From Octopus sinensis (taxonomy: Eukaryota): 64,000 nt of DNA. Made by a program: the position numbers and the translations under genes. Shown in pieces: positions 12,704-25,083 of the stretch. Each line of letters opens with the position of its first letter. Within the stretch, counting starts at the first letter, position 1. The stretch spans positions 24,676,001-24,740,000 of the forward strand of contig NC_043005.1 in assembly GCF_006345805.1 (NCBI RefSeq), given 5' to 3'. The notes below the pieces were generated by a model. It saw only the letters and a list, made by a program, of their open reading frames with translations. It searched no databases and was not told the DNA's origin.

Positions 12704-13886
12704 GTAAGCTATTAAATGTTCACTGTTGCTATTTTAACTGTTAATGCTGATTGTTGCTATTTTAATTGTTTCATGAATAAAACAATACAAAACTATTGAT
12801 TCAGGCATGATAAAATGTTAGTGGGTTCATCTTTTAACATAATAGGAATGTCATATGAGGTAATTTGGATGTTATTTCTAGCAGTTGACATCAGCCATGA
12901 CTACGATTTCACTTGACTCAACAGGTCTTCTCAAGCATAGTATATTGCCCGACGATTGAACTGGCCTGTTTAAAAGCATCCTTCAGTTGTTGGGCAATAT
13001 GCTATGCTTGAGAAGACCTGTTGAGTGAAGCGAAATTGTAGTCATGGCTGATGCTGATGCCCCTCGACTGGCACATGAAAAGCACCATTCAAGCGTGATC
13101 GATGCCAGTGCCATCTGACTGGGCCCCATGCCGGTGATACATAAAAAGCACCCACTATAGTCTCAGAGTGGTTGGCGTTAGGCTGGGCATCCAGCTATAG
13201 AAACCTTGATGGATCAGATTGGAGCCTGGTGCAGCCTCCTGGCTTGCCAGTCCTCAGCCAAACCATCCAACCCATGCCAGCATGGAAAGCGGACGTTAAA
13301 CAGTGTTGATGATGATGATGATGATAGAAAGTTACGTGTAGAATGTGTTAATCCTTGTTATCTCTCATGAAATCCACCATCCATAGTTTTAACCATTTTA
13401 TTACCAAATTTCTGTTGAAATACTCTGTCTTTATTTCAACTAATTTTGAAAATAGTTTTGTAATTATCAAGCTGGTTATTGAAACATAAATGAGGAAGGT
13501 TTTAATTAAGATAATTTTAAAATGAAGAATTTATATCATAGAACCAGGGTTGATATCAAAAGTGTTAATTTTTAAAAGAATCACAAATTTGGACAGAGTA
13601 AAATGACTAAACTTCTTTCTTTGTTACAATAATGAAAAAAGAAGTTTAATTATTTTGCTAAGTTAGTGTTTGGAACATAACTTTACAAAGTTTCTTACTT
13701 AAAACTTAAATATACAACATTCAAAACTGACAGTTTTGTATTATAGAATCAGTGACATTCTTAGGCAAGTTGATCTCAGAACTGCAGACCCTTTTGATAC
13801 AACCCATACGAATCTATCCTTGGTTCTATAATACAAATTCCTTGTTTTAAAGTCATCTAAATTAAAAATTTCATGTTGTTGTATAC

Positions 13887-14262
13887 AGGCACAGGAGTGG
13901 ATGTGTGGTAAGTAGCTTGCTTACCAACCACATAGTTCCGGGTTCAGTCCCACTTCATGGCACCGTGGGCAAGTGTCTTCTACTATAGCCTTGGTCCGTC
14001 CAAAGCCTTACAAGTGGATTTGGTAGATGGAAACTGAAAGAAGCCTGTCGTATATATATATGCGTGTGTGTGTGTGTATTGTTGCATGTGTGTGTGTGTT
14101 TGTCCTCCCACCATCACTTGACAAATGATGCTAGTGTGTTTATGTCCCCGTAACTTAGCTGTTCGGCAAAAGAGACCGACAGAATAAGTTCTGGGGTCAA
14201 TTTGTTCAATTAAAGGCGGTGCTCCAGCATGGCCACAGTCAAAGGACTGAAACAAATGAAAG
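13887..14262 (+). mobile_element. tRNA-derived SINE family B with internal (TA/TG)n (also ~10095-10468 -, ~33085-33452 -, ~37337-37745 -, ~41370-41795 -, ~58950-59365 -, plus fragments)
   Basis: Head AGGAGTGGCTGTGTGGTAAG...GGTTCAGTCCC; shared body and tail GACTGAAACAAGTAAAAG in many copies. Confidence 0.88.
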
Positions 14263-14481
14263 ACTAGAAGAATATTCCAAACACCAACTTAATGTCAGTT
14301 AACTTAATAACGCCAGTTATCTTCAGCCAAGCCAAACACTCATACATTGTCTTTGATGGGAGAGTCCAGCACCACCATCATCATCACCATCAACATCGTC
14401 ATCACTATCATCATCATCATCATCGTCATTATTTATGTTTTTGTTCTTTCATTACTTTCACGTTCTTCCAATGTTTTTCAG

Positions 14482-14574
14482 AAACAAGGCAGAGTCCATC
14501 ATCGGACAACAGACAAGGAGCATGGCACTTGCTTCACACTGAATGTACACAACATAAAACTGACCTGCAAAGAT
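14482..14574 (+). CDS. CCM2: CCM2 exon 4 (KQGRVHHR...HNIKLTCKD)
   Basis: tttcag| and |gtaagc, 93 nt; similar to LSAYNVKLAWRD. Confidence 0.9.
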
Positions 14575-14660
14575 GTAAGCAGACAACTATTTCTTCTGTA
14601 GCGCATGATACTGCCGACATATTTACTGTCTCTCCCAACCTCTCTGTCTGTCTATCTGTC

Positions 14661-14694
<34 letters not shown>

Positions 14695-16067
14695 AGTCCT
14701 CTGCTTTACTGTTTTTCATCTCTGTCTTACCCCTCAGGTCATATTCTCTCACTTTCTCCCTCTGCTTCATCTCTTACCAGTAACTACTCCCCTCTTTCTC
14801 TCCTTCACTCCTACACAAAACCAAAAAGGGGACAGAGAGAAGTACCTGACCAACATGGACGTGTGCCATCTCAGACCACTCTGTCACCAAACTGGTCATT
14901 GAGCTGTGTCAATAATAGATACCACCTGATCAATTTGGGAATATTTAATCTCAGATCAAATCAGTTCTATAATTAAGAGGTGGGAAATTATGTATATTAT
15001 TTACATTAGACGGATATTTGCCCTCATCTTGTTTGTTGTCAACACTGTTTCAGCTGATATACCCTCCAGCCTTCATCAGGTGTCTTGGGGAAATTTCAAA
15101 CCTGGGTTCTCATTCCTAAGGTATTTTCCGATGTTATTATTATTATTAATCATGTCACCGCCGGGAATCGAACTCGGAATCTTGGGGTTAGTAGCCCATG
15201 CTCTTAACCACTATGCCATATGCCCAAATCAATTTATCAGCAACAGGTATGAGATCACTTCAGGAATGTCCAGTCTCACACCACAGTCCACCAATCAGTC
15301 TGACTGACTGCATCTGTAATTGGTGCCAAATCAGTCTGGGAATGTCCAATCTCAGACCACAGTCCAGCTATTTCAGTAATGGATGCCAGATCAGTCTTAG
15401 ACCTCGGTGCCATAGTCATCTTGGTTTTTCACATTTTCATCTGGTTCTGATATATATCATCATCATCGTTTAATGTCTGTTTTCCATGCTGGCATGGGTT
15501 GGACGGTTTGACTGAGGTCTGGAGAGCCAAAAGGCTGCACCAGGTTCCAATCCGATCTAGCAATGTTTCTACAGCTGGATGCCCTTCCTAACACCAACCA
15601 TTCCGAGAGTGAAGTGGGTGCTTTTTACATGCCACAGGCACAGGAGCCAGTCAGTTGGGCCTGGCATCTATCATATCCAGATAGTGCTTTTTACGTGCCA
15701 CTGGCACAGGAACCTGTCAGAGGACACTAGCATCGACTGGCTCCTGTGCCATGATCATGGAGACTCCTGTCACCCACACAAGGATCTCAGTGATGTTGGA
15801 TTGCCTTGAGTATACATATCTAACACAAAACGCTTTGGCTGATATATATGGTTCTAATTTATATAATGCTTGGTGCATGATGAGCACAATGCCTCATCTT
15901 ACATTAAATTCTCACACTCATAGGACCAGCATCTGCCACCAGGTGAGGTATCTTCATTTCTTATTCATGAAGGCTTCACACAATTTCTTCCATCTTTTTT
16001 TCACTCTTTCCACATTTTCTTTGCCTTATACTCATTTTATCATTTCCATTAACTACTTGTGGAGGCA

Positions 16068-16357
16068 CATGGCCTAGTGGTTAGGACAGTGGACTCGCGG
16101 TCGAGGGATCGTGGGTTCGAATCTCAGACTGGGCGATGTGTGTGTTTATGAGCAAAACACCTAAGCTCCACGCGGCTCCAGCAGAAGGTAATGGTGAACT
16201 TCTGCTGACTCTTTTGCCACAACTTTCACTCTTTCCTCCTGCATCCAGCAGCTCACCTGCGATGGACCGGCGTCCCATCCAGGTGGGGAACCTATATGCC
16301 AATGAAACTGGAAAACTGGCCTATTATGAGCCAGGCATGGCTTGAGAAGGAACAAAC
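16068..16357 (+). mobile_element. tRNA-derived SINE sharing the family A head with a different tail (also ~23885-24190 -)
   Basis: A and B boxes; second copy lies between the head and tail of a family B SINE. Confidence 0.75.
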
Positions 16358-17345
16358 ATTAACTACTCCCTCTAATTTTTCATTCACCCTAACCTTTCAT
16401 GATTCCAACTTTCATTTGTTTAGTGTGTTCCTTTTCTTCTACACTTCCCCAGACTTATTATCTTCCCACATTTCATTTCCACATGTTCAACTCTTTCAAC
16501 ATCATCCCTTCCCTTTACATATTCTTTTTCCAAATCTTGTATTTCTTTCTTGTTTTACACTTCCCACTATTTCTCCAATATTCTTATCCCTTCCCAGTTA
16601 CCAAAAGTTTTTCACAATTTCCTCAGATCCCTTCCATCTTCACACTTTTTCACAATATCCATTCCTTTCCACTGGCGTCCTATTCAGCAGGTGCTGTTGT
16701 AACCTCTGTCAGTCATATGACATGGAGACTGGATTAAGCTCCAATCTTTTATGTCCTGGGTCTCTTGACAGGCACAACCCTTTATTAAGGTTCTTTGGAA
16801 GTAGGGTCCAGAAGTAAGACCTTTCACTCTCACAATAATTGCACCTTCTTCCCCACACCTTCCCACCATATCCACACCTCTCAACAATACAAAACTCACA
16901 ATTGTTACAGCTTCACATATTATCCTCACCTTCTCACAATCTCGCAATATTCCTATTTTCTCACACATTTCCGCACTTCTCCAAACCTTTCCACAGCGTC
17001 CAAACTTCCACAGAAAGTCTACACCTTCCCACAATAATCACATTTTCCCACAATCACCACACTTTACCACAATCTTCGCGCTTTCCCACAATATCTTCAC
17101 CTTCCTCAGCATCTCCCTCACATCCCACCTTCCCATACATCCCCATTCCTTTTCACAATCTTTCCAATTTTGAGTAATACGCACCCATTCCTCACATCCC
17201 CCACACTATCCCTACTTCCCATAATTTTCCCCTTATCTCACTCCTTTCCTCACATCTTCCCACCTTTCTCCAAAACTCCACCGCCCTCCCCCTATCAAAA
17301 CAGACACATCACCTCCCTAATGACTATGTCACATCTCTCCCACAG

Positions 17346-17433
17346 GAGTTACTACTTCGTATCTGTATCCATGAGATAGCAGCAGTGTGTTACATCAAAG
17401 ATGACAACGACTACATACTACCTATTAAATACG
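17346..17433 (+). CDS. CCM2: CCM2 exon 5 (ELLLRICIHEIAAVCYIKDDNDYILPIKY), GC donor
   Basis: cacag| acceptor, G|gcaagt non-canonical donor, 88 nt, phase 1. Confidence 0.92.
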
Positions 17434-19565
17434 GCAAGTACTAAAGGTGTTATACAGGAAATCATCATCATCATCATCAAGGCAGTGATCTGGCAAAATG
17501 GTGGTGATGATGGTGGTGGTGGTGGTGGTGGTGATGATGGTGGTGGTGGTGCTTAGTGGTATTTCATCCAACTTACTTTCTCTGTTCAAATTCCACCAAG
17601 GTCGACTTTATCTTTCATCCTTTTGGGGGCAATACAGTAACAGCTGAGTACTGAGGGCCAATGCATTCGACTCACTCCATCCCTCAAAATTGCTGGCCTT
17701 GTGCCCAAATTCACAACTATTATTACAGTGATACTTTGAAGTACGAGTTTAATTCATTCCATGACAGTCCTCAACATTCCCCATTGAAATTAACTAAAAT
17801 ATAGTTAATCCATTCTAGACCCCAAAAAACAATCAAAAATACATTTTTAAGGGTTTTAAAACAGAAAAGGTGTATTTACAAATGAAATGACAATTCTAAA
17901 AAATGAGTATACAAAAGAAATATGTAAACTGGTTTTGGAGTGGTTGGCATTAGGAAGGTCATCCAGCTGTAGAATCACTGCCAGATCAGATTGGAGGTCT
18001 GGTGCAGTTGCTGGCTTTTGAGACCTCAGTCAAATCGTCCAACCCATGCCAGCATAGAAAACGGACATTAATCGATGATGATGATGAATTTACCTTAAAG
18101 ATTGAACAATTTGTATGCTTGTACTGTGGATTTCCACTCATACTTCAAGACATAAATTCGTATGAGCCTCGGCTCGTACAGCAAATTACTCGTACAATGG
18201 GGCACTTGTACTGCGAGGTTCTACTGTATTTTTATTATTATTTTTATTATTATTATTATTATTCATTTAACGTCCATTCTCCATGCTGGCATGGGTTAGA
18301 AGGTTTGACCAGAGCTGGCAAGCTGCACCAGACACCAGTCTGATTTGACATGGTTTCTATGGCTGGATGCCCTTTCTAATGCCGACTGCTAGGTGCTTTT
18401 ACATGGTGCTGATGGGGATGGTGGTGGTGGTGGCCTAATTGTTAGGGTGTTACACTCCTGATCATAAGATCATGGTTTCAATTCCTAGACGGGGCAGTGT
18501 GTTGTGTTCTTGAGCAAAACACATCATTTAACATTGCTGCATTCCACTCAGCTCAAAATGAGTCCCAGCCACAGCTGGGGAGTTAACCCTGAGATTGACT
18601 GGCATCCTGTTCAGGGGGAGTGTTGTAATCTCTGTCAGTCATATCACATGGAAATTGGATTAAGCTCTAACCTTTCAGTTCCTGGGACTCCTGACAGGTA
18701 CAACACTTTATTAAGGTTCTTTGGAAGTAGGGTCCAGAAGTAAGACCTGTCCCTCTCACCTGGGTCTAAATCACTCTGTTTGTCTCATTCTTTCTGCTGA
18801 GTCAGAATGATTGCATGTTAGCTGACTGCATCTTCAAGATCATTGAAGTACTGTTGTCAGGACCAGATTAAGGCCCATAGAGGCCCTAAGCACTTATAAA
18901 GTTTTGGTGCCCCCCTCCCCCATTTATATCTTATTCAAAATATAAACAATAATAAACCATAAAATATATTCTTACTTTTTAAAATGAAGCAAAACTAACA
19001 GTAAGATGGAAAATAACAAATATTTTTGTATATTTCGACTTAATTTATATTCGAAAAGATTTTTCCTTTTTTATTTTTATTTTGAATTGCAGAATTTTTA
19101 AGTAGATCCTCACTATGACACCATGAACACTTCTAAATTACATTTCCAATCATATAAACCACTCTGACTATTATTTTAGCAAGTTTAAAGTGATTTCTTT
19201 TGTGCTGTAAACCATTTACTATTTCTGTGCTGTACGACTTAGCTGTATGACTAAGTGGTGTTGCTAGATTCCCTTGTTCGAAAATTAAGGACACAGATCG
19301 TGTCGTATAGCCACCTGGAGACGATGTCTCCTGGGGCTAAATTACAGCAACATTCGTCCTTAACCAAGACTGCCATGTTATGTTGGCAAACAGTCTTTAC
19401 TTTTACTCTCCTTTGTTGTCTGTTACATTATAAACTCTGTCATGAGTTCATATACTCTCTACCTCCTTAGTATAATTAATACTTCCTAATACTCCCGCTT
19501 TTCCTTCTTATTTTCTACTCATTCATTCATGTTATTAATTTCATCTCTCGTTCATTTGTTAACAG

Positions 19566-19612
19566 GAGTTCCAGAGAAATGTAACTTGGCCGTACTTTAT
19601 GTTGACGACAAG
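19566..19612 (+). CDS. CCM2: CCM2 exon 6 (GVPEKCNLAVLYVDDK)
   Basis: aacag| and |gtaagt, 47 nt; similar to GPVEACCLVILAAESK. Confidence 0.9.
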
Positions 19613-20116
19613 GTAAGTTATGAATTCATTGCTAAGATTTCCAACGTAGTGATATCAAACACTATAGACATGAATTTGAGATTAAAAATAAAAGAGAAAC
19701 AGACCAATTGGCAAAGCTGTAACCAAGAATTTACCAATTCCCAGAAAAATGTGTTACAAAGCATCTACAAACATTTCATCTTAAATTAGATGTCATAAAT
19801 TCATCATCATCATCATCGTCATCGTTTAATGTCCCTTCTCCATGCTAGCATGGGTTGGACGGTTCGACAGGGGATTTGGGAAGCCAGAAGGCTGCACCAG
19901 GCTCCAGTCTTATCTGGCAATGTTTCTACAGCTGGATGCCCTTCCTAACGCCAACCACTCCGTGAGTGTAGTGGGTGCTTTTTACGTGCCACCTGCACAG
20001 GTGCCAGGTGAGGCTGGCATCGGCCATGGTCGGATTCGTGCATTTTATGTGCCACCGGCACGGAAGCCAGTCGAGGCTCTGTTATATCAACTCAGCTTGG
20101 TTAATAAAACAATATA

Positions 20117-20354
20117 CGGGCATATGGCGTAGTGGTTAAGAGTGCGGGCTACTAACCCCAAGATTGCGAGTTCGATTCCAAACAGTGACCTGAACAACAA
20201 CAACAACAACAATGAAAAATACCTTAGGAATGTGAACCTAGGTTCGAAATTTCCCCAAGAGACCTGAAGAAAGCTGGAGGACATATCAGCCGAAACATTG
20301 TGTTAACAACAAACAAGATGAGTTCAAATATCCGTCAAATGTAAATAATGTAAA
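20117..20354 (+). mobile_element. tRNA-headed SINE with hammerhead-type core (also ~14995-15225 -, ~26405-26645 -, ~11425-11575 - partial)
   Basis: TGGCGTAGTGG and GAGTTCGATTCC boxes; (AAC)n linker; CTGA(A/T)GA-A-stem-GAAAC; 15-bp TSD TAATAAAACAATATA (20102-20116, 20355-20369). Confidence 0.8.
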
Positions 20355-20676
20355 TAATAAAACAATATAGTTAAAATAAATAAAAAGGAAAGGATTTATA
20401 CTGTAGGTGCCTGCATGGCTGTGTGATTAAGAAGCCAGCTTACCTCCCACCATAACCAAGCTGTTTCACTCTGGCTGCAATGCTCTGCCATACTGACGTA
20501 TACATGTTTAAACTGAATACCCATACAGCAATCTGAATATTCAGGGTTTAAGAGGACTTGTAAAGTTCAAGGGCATTGCTTTTCTTAGTGGCATATACTG
20601 GGTTGTCAGTGCCCAGAGCAAGGCAAGTATTGCAAGGAGAGTGCCCTATATTTTATGTGCACTACTACTTGTGATA

Positions 20677-21000
20677 GTGCATGGTTCAATGGTTATAGCA
20701 TCGGGCTTATAATCATGAAACCATGAGTTTGATTTTTGGACTGGGCTATGTGTGGGGTTCTTCAGCAAGGCCCACTATTTCACGTTGCTCCAGTTCATTC
20801 CACTGTAGAAACGAGTCACTGTAACCAAGCTGTATCAGCCATTGCCTTTCTCTTGGACAACATTGGTGGCATGGAGAGGCAAGGCTGATATCCATGGGTG
20901 ACTGCTGGTCTTCCACAAACAACTTTGCCTGGACTTGTGCCTTGGAGGGGAAGTTTCTTGGTGCAATCCCATGGTCATTCATGACCGAAAGGGTACTTTT
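20677..21000 (+). mobile_element. tRNA-derived SINE family F (also ~31625-31952 -)
   Basis: Two homologous copies in opposite orientation with a tRNA-like head. Confidence 0.7.
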
Positions 21001-21760
21001 CACTGCATTTACATACTTTTGAAATTTTGCTGAGGACATCCACACCCCTGTGGCTTCACCCATTCTGTGCCACTCTCTCTTGTTAGTAAAAAAAATATCA
21101 AATTATAAAAGCAGTTCATAAATATAGGGAGTAGTTTTAAGGCATATATTCCCTAAAATTTTTACACTTGGATAATTTTGTGAAGTGAAGCTGCATGGTC
21201 TAGGGCAGTGGTTCCCAACCCTTTATATTCAAATGAGTTTTCCGATCGACTCCTTTTAATCTGCTTATCCTTATGTGTGTGTGTGTGCGTGTAATTTTGA
21301 ATATAGTTCACAGACCCCCCAGTACTAACTTTGCGGATCCCAGGTTAAGAACTGATGGTTTATGGTTTAGTGGTTAGCATGTTGCATTTATGACTGGAGG
21401 ATCATGGGTTCAGTCCTTGGAGCAGCTGGTGCACTGTGACCATTGGAAATGCAATTTTTTTTTTTTACTTGGTCCCTGTTCCTGAAAATGAGTTAGGTCT
21501 GCTGAAGAGTGACACCTCACAGACTATTAACCCTCAAATCTTGAAAATGTAAGGTGTGATTGTCCTTGATAGTTACAGCACACTGGGGGAAAAAATATTT
21601 TGTATCATACATAGTCTGAGGTACTCTACCTGGGTAATTGTATGGTGTGATTAATCTAAGGTATTTATGCCTAGTCAACTATTCTGTACACAAGTATAGT
21701 TTGCTTATTAATTTTCTTTCATTTTCATATATTTTTAATTTTTCTAATCGTTCATTGAAG

Positions 21761-21896
21761 ACGCAAGCTGAAGAAATTTGTGCATTGGTTGACCAATGTT
21801 TCCAGCTTGTTTATGCCGATGTAGCCATTCAGTTCATCAACATCAACTTAAATGGTGCTTTCGGAACATCAGTGCCTTCTTCAAACACACAGAGTG
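21761..21896 (+). CDS. CCM2: CCM2 exon 7 (TQAEEICALVDQCFQLVY...NTQS)
   Basis: ttgaag| and |gtaagt, 136 nt; PTB C-terminal helix. Confidence 0.93.
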
Positions 21897-22749
21897 GTAA
21901 GTCTGCGGAAATTATTTCTATAATTTTCCTCCTTTATAAGCAAATCACAGGAGATGGTGTTTATGGCCATTGCAGGTCAACTCAGATTGGTGAGGTTAAT
22001 ATTGTAGGAAAAATGTTACATCTTCACTATCTTTCTCTGCATCTGAGGTAGCTATCTTTCTCTCTTCATGTCTCTCTTCTAGCGTAAGACGCTTTTTCTC
22101 TTCCTCAATATTTTCCCCCCTAAAGGTGGCAAGTTGGCAGAAACTTTAGCACGCTGGGCGAAATGCTTAGCGGTATTTCATCTGTCTTTATGTTCTGATT
22201 TCAAATTCTGCTGAGGTCGACTTTGCCTTTCGTCCTTTTAGGGTCAATAAATCAAGTACCAGTGAAGAGCTGGGGTCGATGTAATCGATTGGTCCCCTCC
22301 CTCAAAATTCTGCAGAGTATTTGGCATTAGCAAGGGCATGCAGCCATAGGAACCATGCTAAAACAGACGAGTGGAGCTTGGTGCAGTCTTCTGACTTGCC
22401 ACTTCCTGACAAACTGTCCTACCCATGCTAACATTGGAAAAGGATGTTAAGTAATGAGGATGATGATGATGAAGATGAAGATATATGCATATGCATATAT
22501 TTGTGTGTATCTGTGTGTTGTCAACAAACAATCCACTCATATAAAAAAACAGTGTCATTTACTGGTAGTCTAAAATGAGACATCACCTAGCTTAGAAACA
22601 AGTGAGATTTGGGGATGGAGAGTGTATAGTTATCTGTTGAAAATCTGCCTCAATGAATTTTGCCTGACCCATGCAAACATGAGAAAGTAGATGTTAAAAC
22701 AACACTGCTGGTGATGATGGTAATGATGAAAGAGAATGATGATGATGAT

Positions 22750-23268
22750 AATGATACCCTCCATCAGGCAATTGCCATATTCTGAACGCCTTACTTCCCT
22801 GGGCATGGATACACTGAAACTCCGATGTCTGGCAGCTGACTTGGCAGACACCCATAAAATTATTAAGCATCTGACAAACAATAACTCTGAGCACCTTTTC
22901 GAACTCCACCCGTCTAACACCCGTGGGCATATTTACAAAGTCGGAAAACAGCACAGCTCCCATGACTTTAGGAAACATTTTTTCACGTTGAGAGTTGCTG
23001 AAGCATGGAACAAACTGCCGGCATCAGTTGTTAGTTGTCGGAGCACTGCATCCTTCAAAACTTCCATGCTTTCTGAGATTCGCCAACACTACACCTGATT
23101 TTCTCCCCTCCATACACACACAAGCATGTATCTGACTCATACATTGTTCACTTTCCAGACATTTGTACATTACTGCATACACTTTATATGCACTTTCTGA
23201 CAAGTTGTGGTGCACCTGAGCACTGTATACAATAATTTCATTATTATTATTATTTTTATTATTATTCA
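22750..23268 (+). mobile_element. CR1/L2-group LINE 3' end
   Basis: LPYSERLTSLGMDTLKLRCLAADL...TRGH...RKHFFTLRVAEAWNKLP, 3' UTR and (ATT)n tail. Confidence 0.88.
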
Positions 23269-24578
23269 TTTAAATATACTCAGTATAAAATACAAAGTTA
23301 CAGGTGTCACAGGTGAGTATACTGTCATTAAGATAACGTGTTTGTGAGATGAAGGTTCCATTTGATCCGCTCAACAGAACAGCCTGCTCGGGAAATTAAT
23401 ATGCAAGTAGCTGAGCGCTCCACAGACACGTGTACCCTTAATGTAGTTCTTGGGAAGATTCAGCATGACACAGAGTGTGACAAGGCTGACCCTTTGAAAT
23501 ACAGGTACAACGGAAACAGGAAGAAAGAGTGAGAGAAAGTTGTGAACAAGTACAGCAGGGCTCGCCACCACCCACTGCTGGAGCCTCACGGAGCTTTTAG
23601 GTGTTTCCACTCAATAAACATTCACAATGCCTGGTCTGGGAATCAAAACTACAATGACTGCTAGTCTGCTGCCCTAACCACTGGGCCATTGTGCCTCTAC
23701 GTTTGTATATATATAGGTGCAGGAGTGGCTGTGTGGTAAGTAGCTTGCTTACCAACCACATGGTTCCAGGTTCAGTCCCACTGCATGGTACCTTGGGAAA
23801 GTGTCTTCTACGATAGCCTCGGGTTGACCAAAGCCTTGTGAGTTGATTTGGTAGATGGAAACTGAAAGAAGCCAGTCGTATATTGTTGTTTGTTCCTTCT
23901 TGAGCCATGCCTGGCTCATAAGGGCCAGTTTCCTGGTTTCCTTGGCGTATAGGTTCCCCACCTGGACGGGACGCCAGTCCGTCGCAGATGAGCTGCAAGA
24001 TGCAGGTGGAAAGAGTGAGAGAAAGTTGTGGCGAAAGAGTCAGCAGAAGTTTGCCATTACTTTCTGCCGGAGCCACGTGGAGCCTAGGTGTTTCGCTCAT
24101 AAACACACACGTCGCCCGGTCTGAGATTCAAACCCACGATCCCTCAACTGCAAGTCCGCTGCTCTAACCACTAGGCTATGTGCCTCCACAATCGGTCATG
24201 TATATATATATATATATATATAATATATATATATATGGGTGTGTACATGTTGATGTGTGTTTGTTTGTTCTCCTACCACCCCAACTGATGCTAGTGTGTT
24301 TACGTCCCTGTAACTTAGCGGTTCGGCAAAAGAGACCAATAGAATAAGTACTAGGCTCACAAACAATAAGTCCTGGGGTCGGTTTGCTCAACTAAAGGTG
24401 GTGCTCCAGCAGAGCTGCAATCGAATGACTGAAACAAGTAAAAGAATAAACGAATATATATGTGTGCTCGCACACACACATATATGTATATACTCACATG
24501 TATTAATCTGTCTTTCTTTGTGTATGTGCATGTGTTTATCTATGTGTCTTCATTTCTACTTCTGTATTTGATCTCCAG

Positions 24579-24627
24579 ACTCCACCACCATTAACAATGC
24601 TCCAGACACAGCACTGAAACCATCGTA
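24579..24627 (+). CDS. CCM2: CCM2 exon 8 (DSTTINNAPDTALKPS)
   Basis: ctccag| and |gtaagt, 49 nt; its phase 1-2 is required to bridge exons 7 and 9. Confidence 0.82.
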
Positions 24628-25083
24628 GTAAGTTCTCCCTCTATTTTTATTTCCATTTATTCATTTAGACATTTATCCTCAGTATTTAGAGGCATCCACT
24701 ACAACATTTTCCAGTGGGATGAAAAATAAATCAAATATTGTACCCCTTGATATAATATGTTGGGCTCAAGCCAAACACAGTTGAGTCCCTGCTACTGGGG
24801 GTGGGGTTGTATGCCCACCTTGTTCTTTGAGAGGATTTCGGCACTTAGCTAATCTCAGAGACATTTTGAGATTATATGAAATGGGTATTTGGACACATCT
24901 TCTTACGAGAGACTATGTTTAGTATTAAAATAACTAATACACATAAATCCATATACTAATCATTTACTAAAATACTAATATAAGCAGATATTTACATAAC
25001 TGGGTTGGGATTTGGAAACCTTGAATTAAAAAAGATTCATAAAGAATATCAAATTACTGTTGAATACTCAAGTGTTCAATTAT

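Noticed and set aside
16296-17379. Several 70-173-aa ORFs
   Set aside because: C/T-rich low-complexity intronic sequence with no recognisable domain.
21207-21358. Possible hAT MITE (CAGTGGTTCCCAACC...GGTTAAGAAC)
   Set aside because: Right terminus is degenerate and no TSD was found.
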